64,000 nucleotides of DNA from a virus, in IMG/VR virus record IMGVR_UViG_3300045988_122072, positions 99,338-163,337 of that record; one strand, given 5' to 3'. Positions within the stretch are counted from its first letter, which is position 1. The number at the start of each line of letters is the position of its first letter. The position numbers and the translations under genes are program-made. Below are positions 1-8,816 of the stretch, one piece after another. Under the pieces are notes generated by a model that was not told where the DNA came from, did no database searches, and saw only the letters and a list, made by a program, of their open reading frames with translations.

Positions 1-56
1 AACTAGAGGAATTAAAATTAGAAAATGAACGTCTTAAGCAAGAACTATGTAAGTAA
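1..56 (+). CDS. 3' end of an upstream gene truncated by the window edge (..LEELKLENERLKQELCK*)
   Basis: Frame 3 is open from the window edge to TAA at 54-56. The tail is coiled-coil-like. No start is visible. Confidence 0.3.
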   Translation, partial: LEELKLENERLKQELCK

Positions 57-122
57 ATTATAACCCGTGCTATCAATGGATCGGGTAGCATGGGTTATTA
101 TTTTTTTGTTATTAGGAGAGAT

Positions 123-767
123 ATGATGAGTAAGTGGAAGCAAGTAACTATAATTTTTGGACTTTTATTATTTGTAATTATTATTAACATATTGAATAAA
201 AAAGATTATGTAGCATCAGAAAATGCTAGTTTATATAAAGAACCTTTATTCATAGAATATGAATCAGAAACAAACCCGCCAATTAACAAGCTTAATATTT
301 ATGAACAGGCAGTACTATATCAGGAAGAAATTTTCGAACAGCAACAAGAAACATTAAAGCAAGAAGAATTAGATGATATTTTATCAAAGTGTAGTATATA
401 TTGTGACGTGTCTGAAATCAAATTTGTAGATACAGATACACAATATACAGATTATGAGAAACAACTATTAGCCCAATGTCTATATTGTGAAGCCGGAAGC
501 ACATCATGGGAGTGTCAAGTAATTACATTGTCTGCCATTCTTAATCATTGTGACGAATACGGTGGATTATGGGTATTAAATTCTGAAAATCATTTTGCAG
601 TTGCTCCATATTATCAATATGTTATGCCACAAGAAGAACAATATAAAGTTGTTGATTATGTATTATCTGGACATAGAATTACAGACGTTGTATATTTTAG
701 AATACATACATTCCATAGTTTTGGTACGCCAATGTTATATGTAGATGGAGTATATTTCTCAAAATAA
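123..767 (+). CDS. Membrane-anchored cell wall hydrolase, SleB/Hydrolase_2-like C-terminal domain
   Basis: ORF track 90..767. AGGAG at 114-118 favours ATG 123 or 126. There is an N-terminal TM segment (VTIIFGLLLFVIIINIL). The C-terminal 'LLAQCLYCEAGSTSWECQVITLSAILNH' resembles the SleB-family 'EARGE..GQ.AVA.VILNR' signature. Confidence 0.6.
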   Translation: MMSKWKQVTIIFGLLLFVIIINILNKKDYVASENASLYKEPLFIEYESETNPPINKLNIYEQAVLYQEEIFEQQQETLKQEELDDILSKCSIYCDVSEIKFVDTDTQYTDYEKQLLAQCLYCEAGSTSWECQVITLSAILNHCDEYGGLWVLNSENHFAVAPYYQYVMPQEEQYKVVDYVLSGHRITDVVYFRIHTFHSFGTPMLYVDGVYFSK

Positions 768-770
768 AAT

Positions 771-797
771 AGTGGGCAATAACCCACTATTTTTTTA
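771..797 (+). terminator. Rho-independent terminator
   Basis: Stem AGTGGG (771-776) / CCCACT (783-788), 6-nt loop, then ATTTTTTT. Confidence 0.7.
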
Positions 798-806
798 TGC
801 AATGGG

Positions 807-862
807 TTGACAAATTGTAAATACATGATATACTAATACAGGGTAAACAATACAAAATTAAT
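807..862 (+). promoter_or_regulatory. Sigma70-like promoter plus conserved leader box
   Basis: TTGACA 807-812, 16-nt spacer, TATACT 829-834. Box ACAATACAAAATTAAT lies at 847-862, directly before the RBS-like AGAGGATGG and ATG 879. Confidence 0.65.
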
Positions 863-878
863 AGAGGATGGTGTATAT

Positions 879-1034
879 ATGAAAACAGATAAGTATATTT
901 TATTTTTCAAACACAATGGAGTTAATAAATGGATTGACGCAAATAATCTATCACTGCTTAAAACAGTGCCGAATATTTGCGGGTGGATGACAGAATACAA
1001 AATTATTGACAGTATAACTGGAGAGGAGGTATAA
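879..1034 (+). CDS. Small hypothetical protein (51 aa, MKTDKYILFFKHNGVNKWID...)
   Basis: ATG 879 follows the promoter, box and a purine-rich RBS. Stop is TAA 1032-1034. It is below the ORF-track size cutoff and was translated by hand. Confidence 0.35.
   Translation: MKTDKYILFFKHNGVNKWIDANNLSLLKTVPNICGWMTEYKIIDSITGEEV
994..1006 (+). promoter_or_regulatory. Variant copy of the leader box (AATACAAAATTAT)
   Basis: Matches the core of the recurrent box. Lies about 30 nt upstream of ATG 1036, ahead of the RBS GGAGAGGAGG. Confidence 0.35.
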
Positions 1035-1035
1035 A

Positions 1036-2136
1036 ATGAGGGTGTATATGGACAATGCTGCTACAACTCCCATTTGTGAAGCAGCAAAGAAAGCTATTCT
1101 AGAAAATTTGGATGAGTTCTATAATCCCAACAGTTCTTATGAGACGGCTCGTACTGTCAAAGTAAAGGTAGAAGAAGCACGTGAAAAGATTGCGGAATTG
1201 ATTGGGGCAGAATCCAACGAAATCTATTTCACGTCTGGTGGATCAGAAGCAAATTCATGGGTGATGTGTAATGGATTTTCTGTTGCTTCTAATATTGAAC
1301 ATCATTCTATTAAATCAGATTTTAAAATTAATGTAAATTCAAATGGATTGATTGATTGTACAAAGTTTAAAACAAAGATACATGAAATGAAAGACAATGA
1401 TTTTTGTATTTCACCAAGCATTGCGTCATGTATGTTTGTAAATAACGAAATAGGGGTAATTGAACCAATTAAATACTTGGCAAAGATTGCACATGACAAT
1501 AATATGTTGTTTCATTCAGACGCAGTACAGGCCTTCCCTCATATGAAGATTGATGTAAAAAATCTTGGCGTAGATATGATGTCGTGTTCGGGGCACAAGT
1601 TTGGCTCTCCTAAGGGGATCGGCTTCCTGTATATTAAAAATGGAATTAGTGTTAATCCATTAATTAATGGTGGCGGACAAGAAAGAGGGATCCGAGGCGG
1701 CACGACCAATGTACTGGGCATCCTTGCAATGGCAGCAGCTTTAGAATATACAATCACGCATATGGATGAAAATAATGCTAAACTCTCTTGCTTATCAAAG
1801 AAATTAAAGGATAACTTACTTGGGGTAAAAGGAGTCACACTTAATGCAATTGATGCAAAAACTCCATGTATAGAAAGTATTTTAAACCTCAGGATTGACG
1901 ATGTGAAGAGTTCTGACCTAGTCACAATGTGTGATCTATATGGCATTGAGATTAGCTCTGGGTCGGCATGTAACGAAGGAACAGCAGAACCTTCTCATGT
2001 GCTCAAAGCTATTAGGCTCACAACCGAACAGGCATTAAGCAGCATTAGAATCTCACTATCTCATCTAAACACTGAAGAAGAAATCGACTATGTTTCTAAA
2101 ATGTTACCAAAAATTATTTCCAGATTACGCCAGTAA
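1036..2136 (+). CDS. Cysteine desulfurase / class V PLP aminotransferase (NifS/IscS-like)
   Basis: 366 aa. N-terminus 'YMDNAATTP', 'FTSGGSEAN', PLP-lysine context 'SCSGHKFGSPKGIGFLY', and C-terminal 'SSGSACN' with the active-site Cys context typical of NifS/IscS. Confidence 0.85.
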   Translation: MRVYMDNAATTPICEAAKKAILENLDEFYNPNSSYETARTVKVKVEEAREKIAELIGAESNEIYFTSGGSEANSWVMCNGFSVASNIEHHSIKSDFKINVNSNGLIDCTKFKTKIHEMKDNDFCISPSIASCMFVNNEIGVIEPIKYLAKIAHDNNMLFHSDAVQAFPHMKIDVKNLGVDMMSCSGHKFGSPKGIGFLYIKNGISVNPLINGGGQERGIRGGTTNVLGILAMAAALEYTITHMDENNAKLSCLSKKLKDNLLGVKGVTLNAIDAKTPCIESILNLRIDDVKSSDLVTMCDLYGIEISSGSACNEGTAEPSHVLKAIRLTTEQALSSIRISLSHLNTEEEIDYVSKMLPKIISRLRQ

Positions 2137-2141
2137 GGTAC

Positions 2142-2186
2142 TTGACAAATGAAGATTCCATGCTATAATAACAATACAAAATTAAT
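2142..2186 (+). promoter_or_regulatory. Sigma70-like promoter (extended -10) plus leader box
   Basis: TTGACA 2142-2147, 16-nt spacer, TGcTATAAT (TATAAT 2164-2169). Box ACAATACAAAATTAAT at 2171-2186, then GAAAGGAG. Confidence 0.7.
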
Positions 2187-2204
2187 TGAAAGGAGATTGA
2201 CACC

Positions 2205-2375
2205 ATGACAGAGGACAATCGTATTAAGGAAGAAGCCAAGAAGCAGAGAAATTTTTGGACATGTCCACGACCAGTGACTAAGGTTCTGCGCAACGCTAAG
2301 GCATACAACAGAGCCAAGGATCGTAAGGATAAACGATTGTATGAGGAAGATGAGGGTGTTGTCGAAGAAAGATAA
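2205..2375 (+). CDS. Small basic hypothetical protein (56 aa, MTEDNRIKEEAKKQRNFW...)
   Basis: ATG 2205 lies 9 nt after AGGAG (2191-2195) and directly downstream of the promoter/box. Stop is TAA 2373-2375. It overlaps the annotated start of the next ORF in another frame. Confidence 0.3.
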   Translation: MTEDNRIKEEAKKQRNFWTCPRPVTKVLRNAKAYNRAKDRKDKRLYEEDEGVVEER

Positions 2376-2769
2376 AAGTTATTTTAGAGCAGCTCAGGCA
2401 GTTAGTACACTATCGGATTTTAAAAGAGTAAATGTAGGAGCAGTATTGGTTTATAAACACAGAATTATTTCTAGCTCTTGCAATTCTCAGCGGACGCATC
2501 CTTTGCAGCAAAAACTTAATAAAGAGCGTTTTGAAGAGGAAACTCCTGCAAAGCTACATGCTGAAGTTAGTTGTCTTATTCCGCTGCTTGGAAATAAAGA
2601 TATTAAGTGGAGAGATTGCGAACTCTACGTATACAGAGAATATAAGCGTGGTGGGCTGGCGATGAGTCGCCCTTGCCCCTCCTGCCAAAAATTAATTAAA
2701 GAACTTGGCATTAAGACTGTCCATTACACGACTAACGGGGGATATGCCACAGAAGAATTTGAAATTTAA
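2341..2769 (+). CDS. dCMP/cytidine deaminase (zinc-dependent, ComEB-like)
   Basis: 'HAEVSCL' (H-A-E zinc/catalytic motif) and 'PCPSCQKLI' (PCxxC). About 140 aa, typical size. The start is uncertain (ATG 2341 or 2350). Confidence 0.8.
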   Translation: MRKMRVLSKKDKSYFRAAQAVSTLSDFKRVNVGAVLVYKHRIISSSCNSQRTHPLQQKLNKERFEEETPAKLHAEVSCLIPLLGNKDIKWRDCELYVYREYKRGGLAMSRPCPSCQKLIKELGIKTVHYTTNGGYATEEFEI

Positions 2770-2779
2770 GGAGATAGTT

Positions 2780-2938
2780 ATGAAAGAAGCATATTCTAAT
2801 CTATGTAAAGCATGTTATATTCGCATTATGAAGCCTTCAAAGAAAGAAATTAAGAAAATTGTAATGACGCCATATGAAACAGAATGTGAATGTTGCCATA
2901 AGACCAAACAGGTGGTTGATTATGCGGAGGACGATTAA
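2780..2938 (+). CDS. Small Cys-rich hypothetical protein
   Basis: AAGGAG lies 6 nt upstream of ATG 2780, an internal Met of track ORF 2705..2938. CxxC...CxCC pattern (CKAC...CECC). Confidence 0.45.
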   Translation: MKEAYSNLCKACYIRIMKPSKKEIKKIVMTPYETECECCHKTKQVVDYAEDD

Positions 2939-3171
2939 TGAAAGGTCTTCCATCTAAAGAAATTATTATGACAGAGATCAAGTCTCTAAAAGGCGAAACA
3001 TTTTATGTTACAACGACAGCTTTGCGCGACATATATTATATTTATAAAATTGCGGACAATGTTGCTACAAAACTTGGTAGTGGAAAGAGCCCAATGGTTT
3101 TGGAAGATAAGTACATTGGAGACCGAGATAAAGCATTAAAAAGATTGGAGAAAATGATAGATGGGCAATGA
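2938..3171 (+). CDS. Hypothetical protein
   Basis: 77-aa ORF tightly packed with its neighbours (start overlaps the previous stop). No motif recognised. Confidence 0.45.
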   Translation: MKGLPSKEIIMTEIKSLKGETFYVTTTALRDIYYIYKIADNVATKLGSGKSPMVLEDKYIGDRDKALKRLEKMIDGQ

Positions 3172-3559
3172 ATATAAAGATTATTATGAAGACCTTTATT
3201 GTGAGTTTGAAGACAGAGTTGAGGCACTAGATTTTCTACCGGATGGCTGGGTTAATAGTTTTGTGCCAAAGCTGAAAGAAGAACTCTTTGGTATTATTGG
3301 TAGTTATACTGAAAACTTTGAAATTGTACAGGCGAAGGAAAAGTGGGGAGAACTAAGAGTGTATTGGAGCTGGGAAGACAAGGATTATTCCGACCTAGAA
3401 GTTGCTGATATGAATGAATTATATGACAAGATTGAAAATATACTTGAAAAATACGCCACTATTAGCCGGAAAACTTGTGCGGTGTGTGGAAAGTTAGCGA
3501 CGTCATATACGACTGGATGGGTACTTCCTGTTTGTGAAGAATGCAAGGAGGAAGCGTAA
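3161..3559 (+). CDS. Hypothetical protein with C-terminal CxxC...CxxC zinc-ribbon-like end
   Basis: 132-aa ORF overlapping the previous gene end. C-terminus 'CAVCGK...CEEC'. Confidence 0.5.
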   Translation: MGNEYKDYYEDLYCEFEDRVEALDFLPDGWVNSFVPKLKEELFGIIGSYTENFEIVQAKEKWGELRVYWSWEDKDYSDLEVADMNELYDKIENILEKYATISRKTCAVCGKLATSYTTGWVLPVCEECKEEA

Positions 3560-3598
3560 TTATGACAGAAGAAAATAGTATAAATATGGAGGGCAAAG

Positions 3599-4420
3599 AT
3601 GACATCTGAAACTAAAATCTTAGTTTTTCAAAAGCTTTTAAATGAGTTTGAAACAGAAGAAATTAAACTATATTGCGAAGATATGATTGAACAAATTCCA
3701 AATTACATATTCGATATGCCAAGTAGTACAACAGGTAAGCACCATAATAAAACACAATGTATGCTTCATGGGCAAATTTACCACATCATTATGTTTGGAA
3801 CAATTGCAAATTATAGACTTGGACTTAAGTATAATAAAGAAAAGAAGTTCCCAGACCCAAGAATTAGAGATGCTATTAGATGTACAGCGATTTTCCATGA
3901 TGCATTGAAATGTGGCGACGGAACATCTCAATATACGGTTCATGAGCATCCTCTTCTCGCGGAAGAATGGATAAGAACAGCAAAAGTCAAACATGATATT
4001 GATTCAGAAATTAAAGAGTTTATGGCACATCTTTGCGCAGCACATTCAGGAGAATGGACAACTGCAAGACGTGGAAGTAAGACCGTTCTTCCAGAACCTC
4101 AGAATGAAGCTGAAATTTTTGTTCACGAATGTGACTATCTTGCAAGCCGTAGCGATATTGATATGACAATTCCAGAATATTTGAATGAAATTTTCTCAGA
4201 ATCTGACGTCAATGCAGTTAACAATTTTGATGTAGATAATTATGTAATGCAGTTTGGCAAATACAAGGGACAGAAAATTATCGATGTGTATCATGAACAT
4301 CCAGACTATTTGCAATGGTGTGAAGAAAACATTGGCCGCAGAGATGTTCTAGATGCTATTGCAGCTTGTAAGAAGAAAGCGGAAGAAAAGATTGAGGCCG
4401 ATGACGATATTGATTTGTAA
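3599..4420 (+). CDS. HD-domain phosphohydrolase-like protein with C-terminal 'FGKYKGQ..YLQW' module
   Basis: 273 aa. 'GKHHNK', 'IFHDALK' (H..HD pattern) and 'HECDYLASR'. The C-terminal 'FGKYKGQKIIDVYHEHPDYLQWC' resembles the DUF3820 / ExoX-C-terminal-like motif. RBS GGAGGG upstream. Confidence 0.55.
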   Translation: MTSETKILVFQKLLNEFETEEIKLYCEDMIEQIPNYIFDMPSSTTGKHHNKTQCMLHGQIYHIIMFGTIANYRLGLKYNKEKKFPDPRIRDAIRCTAIFHDALKCGDGTSQYTVHEHPLLAEEWIRTAKVKHDIDSEIKEFMAHLCAAHSGEWTTARRGSKTVLPEPQNEAEIFVHECDYLASRSDIDMTIPEYLNEIFSESDVNAVNNFDVDNYVMQFGKYKGQKIIDVYHEHPDYLQWCEENIGRRDVLDAIAACKKKAEEKIEADDDIDL

Positions 4421-4521
4421 TAAATGGAGCTATTAATGAGCTTACAAATACACTCAATGAGTGTAAAGTTTGTAATTGGGTAGCAAAAACATCTACATGG
4501 AATTAATAAGGAGAATAACTT

Positions 4522-5001
4522 ATGAGCACGAATTTTTATATGATTACAAAGAACAAAAAGCTGGCTCAACGGTATGCCCCGTATTCTTATGAACTTACAG
4601 ATGAGCCATATTTTGGGTATGAGATTCACGTAGCCAAGACTAGTTGCGGCTGGCTTCCGGCTTGGCAGGGGCATAAAGATGGTATTAACTCTGTAGCAGA
4701 ATATAAAGCTGCATATGATACTGGTGAATTTAAAATCTATGATGAATATGGAACAGAATACAATTGGGACGCTTTTGATGATAGAGTGATTAAGTTTAAT
4801 GGCGGCGTTCTTGGAGCCAAGAAGCCAGAGAAGATTGAACAAGACAAAGATTCTCGCTGGTATGATAAAAATCTTCCAGACTATGGCCCAATTAGTCATA
4901 TTCCAGAAAGCCTACAGAGCTATAAGTTTGATAATTGGTTTGCAAATGACCACTTCAAAGATCCTGATGGATTTGAATTTTCAATGAGGAGCTTTTCATA
5001 A
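4522..5001 (+). CDS. Hypothetical protein
   Basis: 159-aa ORF with AAGGAG upstream. Its stop overlaps the start of the RNA ligase gene, suggesting translational coupling. Confidence 0.5.
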   Translation: MSTNFYMITKNKKLAQRYAPYSYELTDEPYFGYEIHVAKTSCGWLPAWQGHKDGINSVAEYKAAYDTGEFKIYDEYGTEYNWDAFDDRVIKFNGGVLGAKKPEKIEQDKDSRWYDKNLPDYGPISHIPESLQSYKFDNWFANDHFKDPDGFEFSMRSFS

Positions 5002-6107
5002 TGTATCATCTTGAACTTAGAGATTTTATTCTCTCCCATGAAAACTGGGAAGAACTACTTACAACTGATCCTTACAACCTAAAGATTTCTCGTGATGGCG
5101 ATTATATTATGTTCAAGTATAATCAAATCTCTTCTGACTTCACAATTCCCCTGGTTCGTGAAGCACGTGGAATTATTTTCAGAGAAAGTGATTGGGGATG
5201 TGTCTGCGAAAAATTTACAAAATTCGGTAATTACGGCGAGTCTTATTGCCCAGACATTGATTGGGCAACTGCTTCTGTGCAGGAAAAAGTTGATGGATCG
5301 CTTATTGGCATGTTTTATGATAATGGATGGCATATTTGTACCAATGGTACGATTGATGCTTTTAAAGCGGAGCTTAATGATGTGAAGTATCCTACTTTTG
5401 GTGCTTTGGTAGAAGATGCTATGCCAATATCATGGGGAGAATGGGAAGAAACAGCAGATCAGAAGTGTACATATATGTTTGAACTTGTGTCTCCGTATAA
5501 CCGTGTCGTAATTCCATATGAAGAAACTAAGCTATATTTTCTTGGTATGCGCGATATGGAAGATGGGAAAGAATGGAATCCAGAAGATTCTGATATGAGC
5601 TATGTTTTTGAAATGCCTAAGCGTTATCCTCTTCATTCTCTTGAAGACGTACAGAAGGCAGCAAATGCACTTCCTTGGGACGAAGAAGGTTATGTTGTAT
5701 GTGACGCAAAGTTTAACAGAGTCAAGATCAAATCAAGTGCTTATATTTTAGCACATTATGCTCGTAATAATGGAGTAGTCAATACAGAACGTCTTGTTCA
5801 AATTGTGCTTGATGGAGAACAGGAAGAATTCCTTACTTATGCATCCGATTATGCTGACGAGTTGAAGCAAGCGGAAGAAGCAATGCATGAGATTGGATAC
5901 AAAGCACTTGATAAGCTTAAAGAAATTTTTAACATGAAAGAGTTTGAAACTCGTGGTGCTTATGCTCGTGAAGTTATGAAATACCCAATGTATATGAAGG
6001 ATTTTCTATTCCATTGTTTTGATTCTAGAATCTTTTGGGATTATGCAAAGTCTTGGGATACAAATAAATGGGTTAAAGCTATTAATGAATTAAATGGAGG
6101 TATTTAA
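5001..6107 (+). CDS. rnlA: RNA ligase, T4 Rnl1 (RnlA) family
   Basis: 368 aa. Adenylylation motif 'QEKVDGSL' (KxDGSL). 'EARGIIFRE', 'FELVSPYNRVVIPY' and 'EGYVVCDAKFNRVKIKSSAY' run parallel to T4 Rnl1 'ECRGIMFE', 'FEFVAPTNRIVLAY' and '[20 protein letters not shown]'. Confidence 0.8.
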   Translation: MYHLELRDFILSHENWEELLTTDPYNLKISRDGDYIMFKYNQISSDFTIPLVREARGIIFRESDWGCVCEKFTKFGNYGESYCPDIDWATASVQEKVDGSLIGMFYDNGWHICTNGTIDAFKAELNDVKYPTFGALVEDAMPISWGEWEETADQKCTYMFELVSPYNRVVIPYEETKLYFLGMRDMEDGKEWNPEDSDMSYVFEMPKRYPLHSLEDVQKAANALPWDEEGYVVCDAKFNRVKIKSSAYILAHYARNNGVVNTERLVQIVLDGEQEEFLTYASDYADELKQAEEAMHEIGYKALDKLKEIFNMKEFETRGAYAREVMKYPMYMKDFLFHCFDSRIFWDYAKSWDTNKWVKAINELNGGI

Positions 6108-6109
6108 AT

Positions 6110-6376
6110 ATGCAGAATAATATTGGATCAATTATTGGAATTATTGGAGTAGTGATTTTGTGGATTCTTTCTCCTATCCTCATTTTTGGCGCAGGTTGGT
6201 TTGGTGGTTGGATTCTGATGAATATTGTTGGTGGAGCAATGGCATCTGGTCTAAACACACTATTTGGAACGACTAGATTTGTTCCAGAATTAATTCCTGT
6301 TGTATGTGGAGCTCTAGCAGTTATTGGAAGTTTCTTTAAGGCTACTGTAAGTAGTAGCAAGGTGATGACAAAATGA
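6110..6376 (+). CDS. Small integral membrane protein (2-3 TM)
   Basis: 88 aa, almost entirely hydrophobic and Gly-rich helices (IIGIIGVVILWILSPILIFGAGWFGGWILMNIV...). Confidence 0.5.
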   Translation: MQNNIGSIIGIIGVVILWILSPILIFGAGWFGGWILMNIVGGAMASGLNTLFGTTRFVPELIPVVCGALAVIGSFFKATVSSSKVMTK

Positions 6377-7182
6377 ATTATCATTCAGATCAGTGGATTA
6401 TGGATAGGGTTCAAGAGCACTATAATGAGGCTCTTGAATCCTTTCCGAAGGACAGAATTGTTGGCATCTTCTATCAAGGCAGTGGCAATTATGGGCTTGA
6501 TTATGAAGGTTCAGATGTTGACACCAAACTGATTGTAACACCAACATTTAAGGATATTGCAATGAATAAGAATCCCGTTAGTACAACTCATATTCGAGCC
6601 AACGACGAACATACAGACTGGAAGGACATTAGGCTCTATATTCAGACATTTAGGAAGCAGAACTTGAATTTTCTAGAAATTCTTTTCACAACATACAAAG
6701 TCCTAAATCCTATGTATGAGGGACAGTGGAACAGACTTATTGATGCCAGAGAAGGTATTGCACGTTACTCTCCCATTCAAGCCATTAAGTCTATGAGAGG
6801 AATCGCTAAAGAAAAGTATTTTGCAATGGAACATCATTATCCGTCTCGTATGGAGTGGATTAACAAATTTGGATACGATCCAAAACAACTACACCATCTA
6901 TTACGTGTAGAGGAGTATATTGAAAGATATATTAATGGTGAGTCCTATGAGAAATGCCTACAATCAAAAATGCCGGAGTTTCTCAAACAGGTAAAGACTG
7001 GAGAGTCTTTTGATTGGGGCACAGCAAGAATTGTGGCGGAAAAGTCAATTGGTCATATTGACGAAATGTGTGATAAGTTCTTAAAAAGAGAATGGAGCGT
7101 TGACGAAATTATTAATGCTTTGTTAGACAGTGTACAGTATGAAATTATGAGGATTGCAATTAAGAAAGAGATTGGTGGTTAA
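6373..7182 (+). CDS. Pol-beta-superfamily nucleotidyltransferase, RlaP-like (RNA-repair-associated, PF10127-type)
   Basis: 269 aa. N-terminal 'FYQGSGNYGLDYEGSDVDTKLIV' is the GS...DxD nucleotidyltransferase signature. Size and architecture match the YcgL/RlaP family. Confidence 0.6.
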   Translation: MNYHSDQWIMDRVQEHYNEALESFPKDRIVGIFYQGSGNYGLDYEGSDVDTKLIVTPTFKDIAMNKNPVSTTHIRANDEHTDWKDIRLYIQTFRKQNLNFLEILFTTYKVLNPMYEGQWNRLIDAREGIARYSPIQAIKSMRGIAKEKYFAMEHHYPSRMEWINKFGYDPKQLHHLLRVEEYIERYINGESYEKCLQSKMPEFLKQVKTGESFDWGTARIVAEKSIGHIDEMCDKFLKREWSVDEIINALLDSVQYEIMRIAIKKEIGG

Positions 7183-7818
7183 ATGATTAACATTCGTCAA
7201 GACTTGATTCAAAAAGAACTTGAAAGAGGCTGCACTAATAGGCTTACGTTTCGAAAATTAAAGCCTAGTAACAGATTTATTGATAAGCTTTTTAATCATT
7301 ACTATGTTGTCGAACATACAGAGCATTTTTATGATTCTGAACCAGAATATGATGATGAAGAATTCAACATGTATATGGATTACGATTATATTAACCATAG
7401 AATAGATCCTGTTTCTGGCGCTGCTCTTTTTAATACAATTCTTAATTCTGCAGAAATAGCAAAAGAACAAGAAGACTGCCGCTTTTCAGAAGGGGAACAT
7501 ACGATGGAAGAACTTAAGCAAGCGTATGATAAAATTACACAACAAAGAAAAGATTATGAGTCACGCAGAATTGAGTTTAACAATTGGATAGAACCTTATT
7601 TTAAGGGTAATTGGGGTATATCTCAGAAAGATGTTAACAAAATTGGTAGAAAACATCTTGAAGGCACGAAAAAATGTGGAGTGAGTTATAACGGTAGACT
7701 TTACATTGCAGAAGATGGAGATTCAATTTTCATTTATTACTATGGCAGAGATTTTGCACTAGTAGATTATTGGTGGATTTTCGAGAGGAAAAGAAAGAGA
7801 TCGGTGATGGAAAAATGA
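7183..7818 (+). CDS. Hypothetical protein
   Basis: 211-aa ORF. Its stop overlaps the next start (ATGA at 7815-7818). Confidence 0.45.
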   Translation: MINIRQDLIQKELERGCTNRLTFRKLKPSNRFIDKLFNHYYVVEHTEHFYDSEPEYDDEEFNMYMDYDYINHRIDPVSGAALFNTILNSAEIAKEQEDCRFSEGEHTMEELKQAYDKITQQRKDYESRRIEFNNWIEPYFKGNWGISQKDVNKIGRKHLEGTKKCGVSYNGRLYIAEDGDSIFIYYYGRDFALVDYWWIFERKRKRSVMEK

Positions 7819-8696
7819 ATAGACCCACTTTAATACTGCTTGTCGGGCCCAGCGGCTCCGGTAAGACTACATATGCTGAGAAATATATCTCAGAGCACAC
7901 CAATACGGTTCATTTAAGCTCAGATAAGATTCGCAAAGAATTATGGGGAAACGAAGCTATTCAAGGTGACAATAATGAAATATTTGGAAGAATGCAAACT
8001 AGGGCAGTTGCTGGCTTGAATTTCGGTTATGATGTCATTTATGATTGCACGAGCATGACCAGAAAGGACAGAGCCGGAATTATTGCAGCTTGTCCTAAGT
8101 TTGCTAAGATTGAAGCACACATTATTTGGGCACCAATTGAAACTTGCATTGAGCGTGATGCCGCAAGAAAGCGTACAGTTGGTAAAGAAGTTATTGACAG
8201 AATGTTGAAGCGGTTTCAGGCTCCTTATTATGATGAGGGTATTAATGAAATTAAGGTGATTTTGCCAGACAATTTCAATCAGCAAAAGTACATAGATGAT
8301 TCTATGAATGCAATGAAAATCCCGCATGACAATCCACATCATACCTTAGACATTTACAATCATTGTGAGTCGGCATATAAGCATGCTGTAAGTAACGATA
8401 TGTGTGATAATACTCTTGCGCTTGCGGCATCATTGCACGATATTGGTAAGCCATACGTCAAAGCATTTGTCAATGCAAAAGGTGAACCAAGTGATATCGC
8501 GCACTACTATCAACATCAATGTATTGGAGCTTGGATGGCGTATGGCCTTGTTGTAAATGAAATCAACATGGATGTTGCTTGGCTTGTCAGCACACATATG
8601 GCGCCATTTTTAAACGAGAAATATTATAAAAATCTACCAACATATCTAAAGATAATGGTAGATCAGCTACATGAGTGTGATATTCTGGCACATTAA
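7815..8696 (+). CDS. Bifunctional end-healing-type enzyme: P-loop (AAA_33-like) polynucleotide kinase fused to a C-terminal HD phosphoesterase
   Basis: ATG 7815 is coupled to the upstream stop. Walker A 'LLVGPSGSGKTTYA' and a kinase-like 'YDCTSMTRKDR'. The C-terminal half carries 'HH..D...H' and 'SLHDIGKP' HD-domain motifs. Confidence 0.7.
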   Translation: MNRPTLILLVGPSGSGKTTYAEKYISEHTNTVHLSSDKIRKELWGNEAIQGDNNEIFGRMQTRAVAGLNFGYDVIYDCTSMTRKDRAGIIAACPKFAKIEAHIIWAPIETCIERDAARKRTVGKEVIDRMLKRFQAPYYDEGINEIKVILPDNFNQQKYIDDSMNAMKIPHDNPHHTLDIYNHCESAYKHAVSNDMCDNTLALAASLHDIGKPYVKAFVNAKGEPSDIAHYYQHQCIGAWMAYGLVVNEINMDVAWLVSTHMAPFLNEKYYKNLPTYLKIMVDQLHECDILAH

Positions 8697-8702
8697 CCAA
8701 TT

Positions 8703-8730
8703 GGTACGGCATTTTCGCCGTACCTTTTGT
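8703..8730 (+). terminator. Rho-independent terminator
   Basis: Perfect 8-bp stem GGTACGGC (8703-8710) / GCCGTACC (8717-8724), 6-nt loop, then TTTTGT. Confidence 0.75.
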
Positions 8731-8743
8731 GCATATTGACAAC

Positions 8744-8803
8744 TTGACAAATAGTAAATTCGTGTTATAATAATGGCAGAAACAAGAACAATACAAAATT
8801 AAA
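8744..8803 (+). promoter_or_regulatory. Sigma70-like promoter plus leader box
   Basis: TTGACA 8744-8749 (a second TTGACA lies at 8736-8741), 16-nt spacer, TGtTATAAT (TATAAT 8766-8771). Box ACAATACAAAATTAAA at 8788-8803 abuts the RBS AGGAGG. Confidence 0.65.
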
Positions 8804-8816
8804 GGAGGATAAATAT

